A stretch of DNA of 64,000 nucleotides from an uncultured delta proteobacterium (GCA_963847445.1 CAWJZV010000030.1:256001-320000); one strand, 5' to 3'; positions 1 to 11,381 are shown, numbered from the stretch's first letter. Made by a program: numbers and translations. Notes: generated by a model not told the origin, from the sequence alone.

Positions 1-141
1 TTCACTATGTTGGTCATCAAACAGCGACAAGGCGTTCGGATCCAAGAACACTGTGGCTCCACGTTCAAACGTAACACGATGTTTTCTCGCATTTAGCCGA
101 GCCTTCGCAGGGTCCCACTCAAACTGATATTGAAACGTCAC
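1..141 (-). CDS. BrnT (DUF497)-family toxin, 5' part (truncated by window)
   Basis: Manual translation MTFQYQFEWDPAKARLNARKHRVTFERGATVFLDPNALSLFDDQHSE has the FEWD.AK...N..KH...F signature of BrnT. Confidence 0.85.
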   Translation of the reverse strand, partial: MTFQYQFEWDPAKARLNARKHRVTFERGATVFLDPNALSLFDDQHSE

Positions 142-203
142 TTGGGGGATTATCTCATAAAACGCGAGACAAAAGCACGTTGGCAGCAGTCGCTATCAGG
201 GAA

Positions 204-262
204 CCCTAACGTTTTGGGTGAGCGGCGCGGTCTGCCGCGTCTTTCTCAACGCAGGGTTAGGC
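204..262 (-). repeat. attC site
   Basis: ccctaac...gttaggc with internal imperfect palindrome. Confidence 0.9.
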
Positions 263-283
263 TGCTCCGTTGATTGCTGCGGG

Positions 284-980
284 TCAAACTTCGATCTGCC
301 CTAGCCACTGCCGCTCCACTTCCCGTGCGGCCCTCGCGAACGCGGCAGCGTGCTTTGGTTGTTGGACACAGGAAGAACACCACGTGCGCCGTTGAGAATG
401 CAACCGTAGTCGAACCGGCAAGCTCTTCATTGAGACGACTGGCAAAAAACGGAATAAACCGCTCGCGGACCACACGAGGAAAATGCTGATAAACAAGTAT
501 CGACTGACCGCCACCGTACATCGCCTGAAGTTCCTCCCAGTACACGTACTTCGAGGACCCGGCGGCGCCCAGCTTCGTACTCGGAACCTCGACTCCGTTG
601 TCTGGATCCACAAAGACGAGGTCGGAGTTCCGGAGCACCTGCCGTGCCGCTTTGAAGTACTCAGCACGCGCTAGCCGATGGTCGCGCAGGACCGTGTCAA
701 AATAGGACGCGCCCGGGACGAGCTCCCATTCGCGGGCCCGGGATACCGAGCGTTGCACCTCAGCATCCAAGAGGCGCTGCAGTTTGTCATAAAGCTCAGG
801 ATCGTAGTGGCGCCAACGCCCGGGGTGTTTCAGATAGTTTCGAAGTTCGCCGTCACCAGCGCCGTCGTCGACCGTGAGAAACCAGCACACCCCGACGGCA
901 AGACCCGATGCTCGTTGGAGGGTTCGCAACAATCCATACTTCCGAAAGTCGTTAACATCGCCAAAGTATTGGTTCTTCAT
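284..980 (-). CDS. Conserved hypothetical cassette protein (MKNQYFGD..D..KYGLLR; DLVFVDPDNG), frameshift near 3' end
   Basis: ORF 246..980; the alternative frame ending at 284 stops before the attC. Confidence 0.7.
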
Positions 981-999
981 GCGCTCGTTGCAGTCTGGC

Positions 1000-1077
1000 G
1001 CCTAACGTGCAAGGCTTGAAGCGATGGCGCTCGCGCAAGCGAGCACGGCCGCACGCTCTCTCAAGCCGAAGTTAGGC
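1000..1077 (-). repeat. attC site
   Basis: gcctaac...gttaggc. Confidence 0.9.
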
Positions 1078-1310
1078 CGCACTTTTCGTGAAGGAGGCGA
1101 CAAGAACGCGCATTGGCTTGCCTCGGCGGCTTCGAACTTGCGGATGCGGTCAATCTCACGGGCGGTACCGGCAGTGAGGTACGACTCGTGACAGTTCGAG
1201 CAATGAATGATCGGAATGTCCTCGATCACAACGAGGCTATCGCCACGGCCAAGCTTTCGTTGATCTTCCTGCGACGGCCGCCTGTGGCTCCACAGAGTTC
1301 ACCACTTCAT
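1072..1310 (-). CDS. YgiT-type zinc-finger protein (MqsA N-terminal-like antitoxin), frameshifted
   Basis: MK.ELCG...LVVIEDIPIIHCSNCHESYLT; ATG overlaps the stop of the upstream DUF4258 gene; 3' end approximate. Confidence 0.75.
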
Positions 1311-1645
1311 AATTCTTCAGCCTTCTCGCGATATACTGTGATCACGACCGCCTTGACCTCCCGAACCCAGTCTTCGAAAATCACGCCCACGGGTTCGCCA
1401 CCAACGCCTGTCCCGGTGAGAACGTATTTACGCTCTTTCGTTGCGCGGTCGAGCTGTCTTTCCACGATTCGGCCTTTGAGCACAACGTTCTCAATATCTT
1501 CGTCGAGGACATCATCCTCGCCCATTTCTTCGAGCGCGTGAATGGTAATGATGTACTCGCGCTCACGGAAAAGCGACCGAAATCGTTTCAGCTCCCGCTC
1601 AAACATCCGCAAGACGATTCTATGCCGAGTTAAGTCCATGCTCAA
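1307..1645 (-). CDS. DUF4258-family protein (putative toxin)
   Basis: Y.IT.HALEEM..D......IE.V...G.I.E...VITVY pattern; paired with YgiT finger. Confidence 0.8.
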   Translation of the reverse strand: MSMDLTRHRIVLRMFERELKRFRSLFREREYIITIHALEEMGEDDVLDEDIENVVLKGRIVERQLDRATKERKYVLTGTGVGGEPVGVIFEDWVREVKAVVITVYREKAEEL

Positions 1646-1665
1646 CTGGGGAGTTTTGGCCGTGC

Positions 1666-1724
1666 GGCTAACGTTTTGGGTGAGAGGCGCGGGCGCCGCG
1701 GCCTTCTCAACCCGATGGTTAGAC
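1666..1724 (-). repeat. attC site
   Basis: ggctaac...gttagac; similar to attC sites at 204 and 5591. Confidence 0.9.
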
Positions 1725-1729
1725 GCCGC

Positions 1730-1946
1730 TTTCAGGCAGGTAACGGATCACTTCAAGCTCGGCAGTGCGTCCGCTCGCGCGAGCAAGGTATCGATCCGTG
1801 CCATAACGGGATCTTCAATGAGATACTCGCGCACGCTTCGCACTGCAAGACCGGCAGCTGCTTCAAAATCACGATGCGCTCCTCGACGTTGAATGGCAAA
1901 TCAGTGGTGATTGCACGCATGCGAGCACCGCAAACGTACAATTCAT
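1730..1946 (-). CDS. Second YgiT-type zinc-finger protein, frameshifted
   Basis: [36 protein letters not shown]; 3' end approximate. Confidence 0.75.
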
Positions 1947-2230
1947 GACGTCCACCTCCTTCGCGTCTTCAGATCCATTTCCCACTCGATCGGCGCTGGG
2001 GTAAGTATGCACGACATTCTTGTAGGATTCGCCAGTGCAGATGATGCCGTCGTGCGACCAAACCGGAGTGCCCATCCACTTCCACTCCTCGACGAACGTC
2101 CGGGTCTGCTTCCTTGATGAAGCTTGCGCATTATGCCGAGGGTTTTCCCGCGCCAATCCCCGAGTTCGGCGATTCTTTTCGAGATGAGCTCCGCTGCCGA
2201 CTGGCCTTGGCTCGCGCCCGACTTTTTCAT
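1943..2230 (-). pseudogene. Chimera: 5' half of DUF1801 gene fused to the 3' tail of a DUF4258-like toxin
   Basis: 2010-2313 nearly duplicates 15043-15347; below about 2010 the sequence encodes a ..[11 protein letters not shown] tail typical of DUF4258; cassette R boxes mismatch. Confidence 0.75.
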
Positions 2231-2306
2231 GTTCTCATCCTAGAAGTTCCAGATATATTTCATTGCAAGACAGCGGAGGATATTCAATAGACTTCAGGAC
2301 GACGCC

Positions 2307-2366
2307 GCATAACGATCACGATGAGCGGCGTGCGTCAACATGCCCGCTTCATCGTCCAGGTAGGGC
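2307..2366 (-). repeat. attC site (one R box degenerate)
   Basis: gcataac...ggtagggc with cgatgagcgg/ccgcttcatcg stem. Confidence 0.75.
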
Positions 2367-2380
2367 TTCGTCGCGGGGAC

Positions 2381-3139
2381 TCATACGAGCTGGTATATCG
2401 CCTGCACGGGCCAGTGATCCGACAGTGCGAGGTCTCCAGCGTAGCACTGCGGAACGCTTGCAGCGATCGCGCGCGCGTACTTGTTCGCGACGATGAGGTC
2501 GATCGCCTCGGTGATCGTCTGCTCCCCGGGTTGAGCATTCGCCGTCGGATAGCACTGAAAGGTGGGCGGGCTCTGCATTCCCAGAGCGGCGAAGCAGCTC
2601 ACAAATCCCGCCTGCATGAGGATCCACTGGGGATGCCAGGCGTCGTTCATGTCCCCCATAAAAAACGCCGGCTCGCCTTCACGCACGCGTCGCGTGAGCT
2701 CCTCGGCAATTCGCTTGAGCTGCCGCACCCTCGGCGACACACCTGTTTCGATTTCATCGCTGTGCCGGGGACTCGTGAGATGAGCGGTTGCGACGAAAAT
2801 CGCCTTCTGAGAAGACTTGAGCCGAAGGCGGGCCCAAAACATGCGTCGCTCCGGTTCGACGTGACCGACTTCCTCGGCGCCGTGCCCGATCTCCTCCAGG
2901 ACCGCCTCGTTCCAATAAATGTTGCTCTCGTTTGTCCAGCCCGAAAACGGATCATGGACCCGGGCATACCCGCTCAGAACTCGGTCTAGGAACTCCTGCG
3001 TCGGACGCTGCAGTTCCTGCAAGCAAAGTACGTCGGGAGTAAACAACGTGAGAAATCTCTCAAGGGCCGGTGCGCGCGCCGGCCAACGTTCGGTCAGCCA
3101 AATGTTGCAGGTTATGATCGAGAGGCGGGTCGGGACCAT
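2381..3139 (-). CDS. Endonuclease/exonuclease/phosphatase (EEP) family protein
   Basis: TCNIW, PDVLCLQE, TAHL, GDMN, IDLI and SDHWPV motifs. Confidence 0.9.
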   Translation of the reverse strand: MVPTRLSIITCNIWLTERWPARAPALERFLTLFTPDVLCLQELQRPTQEFLDRVLSGYARVHDPFSGWTNESNIYWNEAVLEEIGHGAEEVGHVEPERRMFWARLRLKSSQKAIFVATAHLTSPRHSDEIETGVSPRVRQLKRIAEELTRRVREGEPAFFMGDMNDAWHPQWILMQAGFVSCFAALGMQSPPTFQCYPTANAQPGEQTITEAIDLIVANKYARAIAASVPQCYAGDLALSDHWPVQAIYQLV

Positions 3140-3164
3140 TTTTTTCAGCGATGCTTCCTTGAAC

Positions 3165-3223
3165 CCCTAACGTATCGCTCAGCCGACGCTCTTTAGCGAT
3201 CGGTCTGAAGCGCCAAGTTAGAC
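3165..3223 (-). repeat. attC site
   Basis: ccctaac...gttagac. Confidence 0.9.
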
Positions 3224-3261
3224 ATCTCCGTTTTGCGAAAAACCATTCCGTGGAAAATTTC

Positions 3262-4064
3262 TACCCTGCCGGTACTACCCCGGCACTGCCCAAGCCTTTG
3301 CACGCAAGTGTAATCGATCCATCAGGGCGGTTACCAAGAATGTCTGTGCGTCATCGACTCCTTCGATACCTGTCGAGCGATCCTCGGAGAGAGTACTGAT
3401 ATAAAGTTTAGGCGGTCGCCTGGCTATTTGACAGGCGGCTACCAGAAATCGTCAAAGGAACTAAACTCCATAGGAATGAACCAGGGCCCTTGTTTCAACA
3501 TTCGCAAAACCAGTGGCGGTCCACAGCTCTGAAAGCGCGCTTGCTGATCCCCATAACGCCTATCCCCAGATCGTTTAACTCCCGGGTCAACTACAACGAC
3601 CACATCGCAGAATCTTTCCAATAACTCCATGCCTCCACTGTTGTCCCATACACAAGTTGCAACAGTTCCTCGCTTTTTTGTGACGCGCCTCATTTCTCTT
3701 GCTGCCGTGTGCGCATCCGAGACAAACTGGATCATCAATGATCGAATACGCAGCAGTCGAAAGAGCCATTGTCATAGGGAAGTTTCTGAGCATCCCCGAT
3801 TTCAAAAGCAATATGCGGATGTGAATTCTGTGCACGAGCATATTCTAAGTAACCAACTGAAGGGTCAATGCCGACAACCGTTGAGGCTTTTGTTGTATCT
3901 GCGATGGTGAATGTAAGCGAACCTGTACCACAGCCCACATCTAATACCCGATCCCCTTCTTTGATACCGTCTACAAATTCGATGAAGAGAGGAGCAAGGG
4001 TTTTACTCCAGCTTCCCATTCCAGCCTGATACTTATCAGGATCCGTGTGTAGGTTGGGTTCCAT
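3262..4064 (-). CDS. Class I SAM-dependent methyltransferase (UbiE-like), several frameshifts
   Basis: VLDVGCGTG motif I, VGIDPS, GDAQKLPY, REMRRVT..G.VA.CVWD in consecutive fragments. Confidence 0.85.
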
Positions 4065-4076
4065 AGTCGCCTCGAC

Positions 4077-4149
4077 GTCTAACGACTGTGCTCACCCGCA
4101 GCCGCGTGGTGGCAACGGTGCGGCTGTCGGGTGCAGCGGAGGGTTAGAC
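4077..4149 (-). repeat. attC site
   Basis: gtctaac...gttagac. Confidence 0.9.
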
Positions 4150-4155
4150 GGTTCA

Positions 4156-5541
4156 TCACAGGTCCGGATCTGGATCTCGGGTAACGGGCTTTAGGCCGAT
4201 GTGGTCGGCCATTTCAGCGCCCGTAAAGTTCTCCGTGAAACTTTCCGCTGTTTCCGGGAGCATCGTCGCGTTCCACGTGTTCCACTCGCCAACGAGTCGA
4301 TCGTATATGTCGCGGTGGCGGTCCCTGAGGTTGGCGCGTTCGAGCGGATCGGCGACCACATTGAACAAGAACGTGTTGTCGAGAATCTTGAGGTATTTCC
4401 AGTCTCCAATGCGAGCCGCTCGCTGCCACAACGACTTGTAACGCCAGAACAGCCTACGCTCCACGATCGGCGCCCCTTGGACGAGATGAGGTAGAAGGTT
4501 CATCCCGTCTGGCGGATAGCCCGGATCGGCGTCGACGCTCGCGGCGGCTAGCAAGGTGGGAAGCCAGTCCATGTTGACCGTCACCTGCTCGCTGACGCGC
4601 CCGGCGGCAATGCGCGCCGGCCATGACATGATCGCGGGAATCCTTAGACCACCTTCAAGTAACTCCATTTTCTTGCCGGTGAACGGCCAGGTGTCGGAGA
4701 AGCGCTCGCCCCCGTTGTCGCTGGTGAAAATCACGATCGTGTCCCGGTTGATGCCGTTCTCCTCCAGGGCGGCAAGTACCCGGCCGATTTGCATGTCCAT
4801 CGCCACAATGATTCGACGGTAGGTCTCCTGCGACCCGCCGTCCCAGTGGATCAGATCGCGGCCACGCAGGCGCTCCGCTTCTGCCTGATCCCCCGGCGCT
4901 TCCCATGGCCAATGCGGGGCGTTGAAGTGCAGGCTGAGCAGGAACGGCCGTCCGGCCTGCGCATAGTCCCGGATGACAGTGACAGCCCGATCGCCGAACA
5001 GGTCCGTACTATACCCTTCTTGCGAAATCGGCATGTCCTCATCCCAGAAGTCGGGCGCCCCCCTACGCCCCGTGTGGCGGTAGTAATCCACAGTTCCACC
5101 GCGGTAACCGTAGAAGTGGTCGTAGCCGCTCTTGAGCGGACCGAAATCTGGCAAACCGCCCAGATGCCACTTGCCAATCAACGTGGTGCCGTAACCACCC
5201 TTCCGCAGCAGCGAGGGGAGTGTTGGGTGCTCGGGTGGCAGGCCGACGCCGGGCGGGCTGTTGGCCGACAGCGGCTCCTCCAGACCGACGGGCAGTCGAA
5301 GTTGGTAACGACCGGTGATGATCGCCACGCGCGACCCCGTGCATACGGGCGAGCTCGCATAGCCCTGCGTGAATCGCACGCCTTGCGCAGCCATCCGATC
5401 GATGTTCGGCGTGACCAGATCACGACGACCGTAGCACGACACGTCTGCGTAACCCATGTCGTCAGCAATGATGAACACGATGTTCGGCCGTCGGGCTTGC
5501 GGCTGCACGCGACGCGTGATTTCGTCTGTCATCGGTCCCAT
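4156..5541 (-). CDS. Sulfatase-family hydrolase (cassette-borne)
   Basis: PNIVFIIADDMG, SPVCTGSR..IITGRY, GKWHLG, HFNAPHWP, FTSDNG. Confidence 0.92.
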   Translation of the reverse strand: MGPMTDEITRRVQPQARRPNIVFIIADDMGYADVSCYGRRDLVTPNIDRMAAQGVRFTQGYASSPVCTGSRVAIITGRYQLRLPVGLEEPLSANSPPGVGLPPEHPTLPSLLRKGGYGTTLIGKWHLGGLPDFGPLKSGYDHFYGYRGGTVDYYRHTGRRGAPDFWDEDMPISQEGYSTDLFGDRAVTVIRDYAQAGRPFLLSLHFNAPHWPWEAPGDQAEAERLRGRDLIHWDGGSQETYRRIIVAMDMQIGRVLAALEENGINRDTIVIFTSDNGGERFSDTWPFTGKKMELLEGGLRIPAIMSWPARIAAGRVSEQVTVNMDWLPTLLAAASVDADPGYPPDGMNLLPHLVQGAPIVERRLFWRYKSLWQRAARIGDWKYLKILDNTFLFNVVADPLERANLRDRHRDIYDRLVGEWNTWNATMLPETAESFTENFTGAEMADHIGLKPVTRDPDPDL

Positions 5542-5590
5542 GGTGATCCTTTACTTGGACTAGTGGTGGTCCTCGCGGTCCCGGGTTGCC

Positions 5591-5651
5591 GTCTAACGTT
5601 CACGGGTAAGAAGCGCGGTCTGCCGCGGCGGTCTCAACCCATTGGTTAGCC
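5591..5651 (-). repeat. attC site
   Basis: gtctaac...gttagcc. Confidence 0.9.
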
Positions 5652-5652
5652 A

Positions 5653-5946
5653 TTAGTTGCGAGATTGCCACCGTCGTGGGTGGCGTCGTCCGTGCATACA
5701 GGCCACCACTATGACCTGATCGTCAATAATTCGGTAGAAAAGGCTGTACGGGAAACGACGCAAATTCACACGACGTGTCTGGCGGTAAACAACAGGAAAG
5801 CGTTCAGGATATGTCACCAAAGATTCAATGACGGTACTCACCGCTGCAAGAAACTCGTCACCAAGACCCGCTCGTTGATCCTCATACCATCGGTAGGCAT
5901 CTTCAACATCCGCGGCGGCAGCAGGCCGGAAGATCGGTGGCTTCAC
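5653..5946 (-). CDS. RelE/ParE-family toxin
   Basis: A..D...AYRWYE.Q..GLG.EF...RFPYSLFY...VVACMH.RR.P..W. Confidence 0.9.
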   Translation of the reverse strand: MKPPIFRPAAAADVEDAYRWYEDQRAGLGDEFLAAVSTVIESLVTYPERFPVVYRQTRRVNLRRFPYSLFYRIIDDQVIVVACMHGRRHPRRWQSRN

Positions 5947-6164
5947 CTAGACCGAGAGCGAATCTGTTGCAGGACCTGGTCCCAAGGAATGCCCTCAGGT
6001 CCCGAGCGTTCGAGATCGTCAAGTCGCCGATCAAGTTCCTCGCGCTGCGCGTTGGTCAGCGGAACAGTTTCCGGCGTCTCGTTGAGGCTGTCCCATAGTT
6101 CCTCAATCAGACGCAGACGCTCTTCAGGACTCATCTCGCCGATGTTTAGCGCGGACTTGCTCAT
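5943..6164 (-). CDS. Addiction-module antitoxin (TIGR02574-type)
   Basis: SPEERLRLIEELWDSL...QREELDRRL...GIPWDQV; overlaps toxin start. Confidence 0.9.
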   Translation of the reverse strand: MSKSALNIGEMSPEERLRLIEELWDSLNETPETVPLTNAQREELDRRLDDLERSGPEGIPWDQVLQQIRSRSR

Positions 6165-6221
6165 CGATCTAAATATGCCACGTTAACAGTTTCTCTGCCA
6201 CCGCCCGCCCGCTATCCCTTT

Positions 6222-6272
6222 GGCTAACTTGCCGATGACCTGCTGGCGTCGGCGTCCATCGCCTTGTTAGAC
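6222..6272 (-). repeat. attC site (short, 51 bp)
   Basis: ggctaac...gttagac. Confidence 0.8.
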
Positions 6273-6275
6273 GAT

Positions 6276-6866
6276 TCAGCGGCGTGCGTCTGGCACGTCA
6301 AGACCCTGTGTGCGTAGGATCTGCCGGATTGCCTCGGGCCGTTCGAGCACCTCGCGATACACCCACGTGTAGTACCCGAAGGCCCCGAGTGTAGCGCGTG
6401 CCGTTGTCTCCCCGAGGACGTCACGCACGGCGTCAAACTCGAGGAGACAAACGACCAGGTGGAGGTACGTGCTGCGTCGGCCGTTGGCCCCTTCCGGAGC
6501 CGCCTCTGGAACCTTGGGATACAGACGTTCCAGTGCCGTAACCGCGGACGCCAACTTCGCCTGGTTCTGAACGAAAAACCAATGCAGTTGCTCATGAAGG
6601 AAGCTCGCTAGCTGCGCCGCGTCGTTGTCGAGGTACTGCGTATTCAGTGTGAGAACCGGGTGGCTGTGCGGAATCACCCGTGATTGGATTTGTACGGTCC
6701 GCGTGAACAGCCAGCGTGAGAGGTCATGGGTCGCCAGCAGGCGTTCCAGCTGCTCCCGTCCCCTTTGCTCCAAAGCAGTCCCAGAGGCCAGGCGGATCTC
6801 AAGCATGCCGGCCGGCGCCTCGGCACGAGCCGCACCCATCAGGTCGCTCGTCGCGAGCGTCGTCAA
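6276..6866 (-). CDS. Hypothetical protein with HExxH motif
   Basis: PHSHPVLTLN...FLHEQLHWF; ORF fills the cassette. Confidence 0.7.
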   Translation of the reverse strand: MTTLATSDLMGAARAEAPAGMLEIRLASGTALEQRGREQLERLLATHDLSRWLFTRTVQIQSRVIPHSHPVLTLNTQYLDNDAAQLASFLHEQLHWFFVQNQAKLASAVTALERLYPKVPEAAPEGANGRRSTYLHLVVCLLEFDAVRDVLGETTARATLGAFGYYTWVYREVLERPEAIRQILRTQGLDVPDARR

Positions 6867-6912
6867 TACGAGACAATAGTCAATGTGAGCAATGATCCCA
6901 TCCTCGTGTGCC

Positions 6913-6969
6913 GTCTACGTGAAGCTAGCGGCCCGCCGAAGGCCGGCCCGCTTGAGCGCAAGGTTATGC
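6913..6969 (-). repeat. attC site
   Basis: gtcta(a)c...gttatgc; one base missing, probably a read error. Confidence 0.8.
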
Positions 6970-6981
6970 GGTCCTGATCGA

Positions 6982-7905
6982 TTACCCGCGCGTCCTTTCC
7001 AATACGTCAAACACTAGGTTAAGACACTCGTCAACTCTGTTGGTTATTCCAAAGGCGAATGGCGGTGTTCCGAGTGCGGGGTTAAAGCGACCGACGGTGA
7101 AGATCAAGGGGATGAGAATGCCTCTTTCTCGCATTTGCTTAAGGAACCTGATCCCTTCATCCTCCACCGCATCCCGCTCCATGTCTGATATCACAACGTG
7201 ATAGGTATCGCTGGAAAGCGCGCGAAGCGCACCCTCGGAGGAAGTTTCAACCTGCACATCAAGACCGAGATCACGTAGGATTTCGATGACGTGGGACATC
7301 TCCGCAGGAATGTCGTTGACCAAGAGAAGGCGCGCACCTCGAATCACGGTCTCTATTCTTGCGGCTCGCCTGGCGACCTGCGAACGACCAGACTCCGTAC
7401 TTACTGACTCGCGCGCAGGGATTCGCTCGAGCTCGTCTTTAACCTTTCTATACAGCAAGAAACGCCCAAGCGATGATGCAACTTTGAAGGCCAAGTCTTC
7501 CGGGGTAGTAAAGGAATCGGTAACGACGGTCTCTCGAAGGCGCTGGAGAAATTCACGAAGACGCGTTCGTCCTGGCTCCGTCTCGATGTGCTTCGGTGGC
7601 CACGGATACTCCTCGTCTACAACAAAGCAGAATGTCGGTTTGTTCTGCTCCTTTGCGACGTCGAACTCTTGCACCGTAATTGACTTCGACTGTCCAGAAG
7701 GTACGTATCCATATCGATGAGCATAGATGCCGATCAGCGCGTCGGAATCTGAGATTTCTTCGATGCAGGCCCTGGTTGCCTCAAGCGGTCTCGCGCCGAA
7801 CACTTCCATACGAACGCCCTGCTGGCCGAGTCTCTCAATGGCCCGGGCAGCCGCCTCGCGGTGACCAATTAAGTCTTGATATGTTGAGCTAAGAAAGATC
7901 TTCAT
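6982..7905 (-). CDS. DUF4062 domain fused to C-terminal receiver (REC)-like domain
   Basis: MKIFLSSTYQDL..HR...RYG.VP...SIT..E (DUF4062); LLVND...VVISDMER...G (REC). Confidence 0.85.
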   Translation of the reverse strand: MKIFLSSTYQDLIGHREAAARAIERLGQQGVRMEVFGARPLEATRACIEEISDSDALIGIYAHRYGYVPSGQSKSITVQEFDVAKEQNKPTFCFVVDEEYPWPPKHIETEPGRTRLREFLQRLRETVVTDSFTTPEDLAFKVASSLGRFLLYRKVKDELERIPARESVSTESGRSQVARRAARIETVIRGARLLLVNDIPAEMSHVIEILRDLGLDVQVETSSEGALRALSSDTYHVVISDMERDAVEDEGIRFLKQMRERGILIPLIFTVGRFNPALGTPPFAFGITNRVDECLNLVFDVLERTRG

Positions 7906-7936
7906 CGTCTCGGTCTAGGGCGCCGATCGCGCATCC

Positions 7937-8000
7937 GCATAACGCCGGAGTTCAGCGGCGGGCCGCGCAGCGGACCGTCCGCTGCAACCGGCTGTTAGGC
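7937..8000 (-). repeat. attC site
   Basis: gcataac...gttaggc. Confidence 0.92.
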
Positions 8001-8027
8001 GACGCGGTTGAATCATAAAACGTCCGG

Positions 8028-9274
<1,247 letters not shown>

Positions 9275-9332
9275 CGCACTGAGCTGCACCTTGGACACTC
9301 TAGCGGTGATTACTGTCCGGCGAGTCGCGAGA

Positions 9333-9863
<531 letters not shown>

Positions 9864-9884
9864 GTCACTCCCTTTCCTCGCACG

Positions 9885-9946
9885 GCACATCCGCGCGGTT
9901 TTGAGGCGGCGCGGCGAGCGCCGTCCGCTGCAACCGGTTGTTAGGC
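9885..9946 (-). repeat. attC site (one R box degenerate)
   Basis: gcacatc...gttaggc; right half nearly identical to attC 7937-8000. Confidence 0.75.
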
Positions 9947-10608
9947 GTCATTGTGCCCTTGGCGCCGGAGTACAACATGGGTGGCTTTCTCCGACGCAAC
10001 GAACTGAACGCATTCGTATCCCAGAGCGCGCACGTCAATCCCCTCGAACAGTCGCTCTCCCCGCCCAGCAGGACCGGCGAGATAGCGACGTGCAGCTCAT
10101 CGATGAGGCCCGTACGAAGATATTGCTGGATAGTGTTAGGTCCGCCGCCAATGCGCACATCCATTCCGTTGGCTGCGTCGCGCGCCCGGTCAAGCGCCTC
10201 GTGAATACCGCCCGTGACGAAGTAGAATGTCGTTCCGCCTTCCATCTGGATGGGCGGGCGCGCGTGATGAGTCAAGATGAAAGTTGGAACGTGATAGGGT
10301 GGGTTGTCCCCCCACCAGCCTTTCCAGTTCATGTCGGGCCAGGAACCGCGAATCGGTCCGAACATGTTTCTTCCGAGAATCCAGGCGCCAACATTCTTGA
10401 AGCCCCGCGCAGCGAAGTCGTCATCGATCCCCGTTGTGCCACCGTCGGCGCCAAATAGGGTCCGTTGGAGCGTGCGTGTCGGGACTAACCACTGGTGCAA
10501 ATCTGTCCCGCCCACGCCGAGCGGATTCCTGATGTCCTGATTCGGACCAGCTCCGTATCCGTCAAGCGAGATGGTAAAGCCCTCAACTCGGACGCGTGTC
10601 ATTTTCAT
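9941..10608 (-). CDS. Second DHFR-like (RibD-C) protein, frameshift near 10060
   Basis: ISLDGYGAGP, ILGRNMF, WWGDNPPYH, GLIDELHVAISPVLLG.G. Confidence 0.88.
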
Positions 10609-10626
10609 GCCTTCCTTTCGATTGAC

Positions 10627-10728
10627 GCCTAACGATCTGGCGATAACCCGCGCCGATTACAACCACGATATCGCCGCAGCACGCGTCGTCGATTCTGCGG
10701 CAGCGCCGGGTTCATCGCCGTGTTATGC
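10627..10728 (-). repeat. attC site (long, 102 bp)
   Basis: gcctaac...gttatgc with ggcgataacccg/cgggttcatcgcc stem. Confidence 0.85.
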
Positions 10729-10757
10729 CGTCTTGTGGCGCGGTCGTTTTCGGTGTC

Positions 10758-11231
10758 TTACTGATGGGTGCGTTCCCAAGCCTTTTGCTCTTCGCGGCCT
10801 TGCCAGATGATTTCACGTGAAAATTCTCCCGTTCCGATCCAGAAAAGGGACGGCTTTAGCTGCGCGTATTCGAGAAAATACTTCAACGCCTCGGCCGCTA
10901 ATTCTTCCGAGACGAACAACTCGCGGGGCCAGCGTTCAAGAGCCTGGCCACCGAGGTTGATTTCAACACTTGGGGAAGAAAAATCATTTCTGTTCACGAG
11001 GAAATGACCAAGCGAATGGTCGTTCTCAAAACACTGGACATTATAACCTTCGCTGTCATGCCAACTGATATGAGCGCGAGGAAATTCGCCATGCGCAGGA
11101 CAGATGTATGCTTCATCCCAAGGAGCGGCGGATCGCACACGCGTTAGAACATCGGATGCTGTTGGGGTGAAAACCTCGGCTTCACCTGAGATCAATGAGA
11201 GCCGAAAAATGAACTGACGATTCTCGCTCAT
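10758..11231 (-). CDS. Hypothetical protein, Imm1-like immunity protein
   Basis: C-terminal GGQ..E.WP.ELFVS...A.EAL.YF.....P...W resembles Imm1. Confidence 0.55.
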   Translation of the reverse strand: MSENRQFIFRLSLISGEAEVFTPTASDVLTRVRSAAPWDEAYICPAHGEFPRAHISWHDSEGYNVQCFENDHSLGHFLVNRNDFSSPSVEINLGGQALERWPRELFVSEELAAEALKYFLEYAQLKPSLFWIGTGEFSREIIWQGREEQKAWERTHQ

Positions 11232-11243
11232 GGTTCTTATGAC

Positions 11244-11355
11244 GTCTAACGTATGGCTCAGTGGCCGCCGGCAATACGCAACTAAGGCGTGTTACGCCGC
11301 TTACTTCTCACAATCGCTGCGCTTCCGGCGGTCCATCTGAAGCCGGATGTTATCC
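11244..11355 (-). repeat. attC site (long, 112 bp)
   Basis: gtctaac...gttatcc. Confidence 0.8.
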
Positions 11356-11381
11356 GATCTTGCGGGGGTCGATGCAAGACG

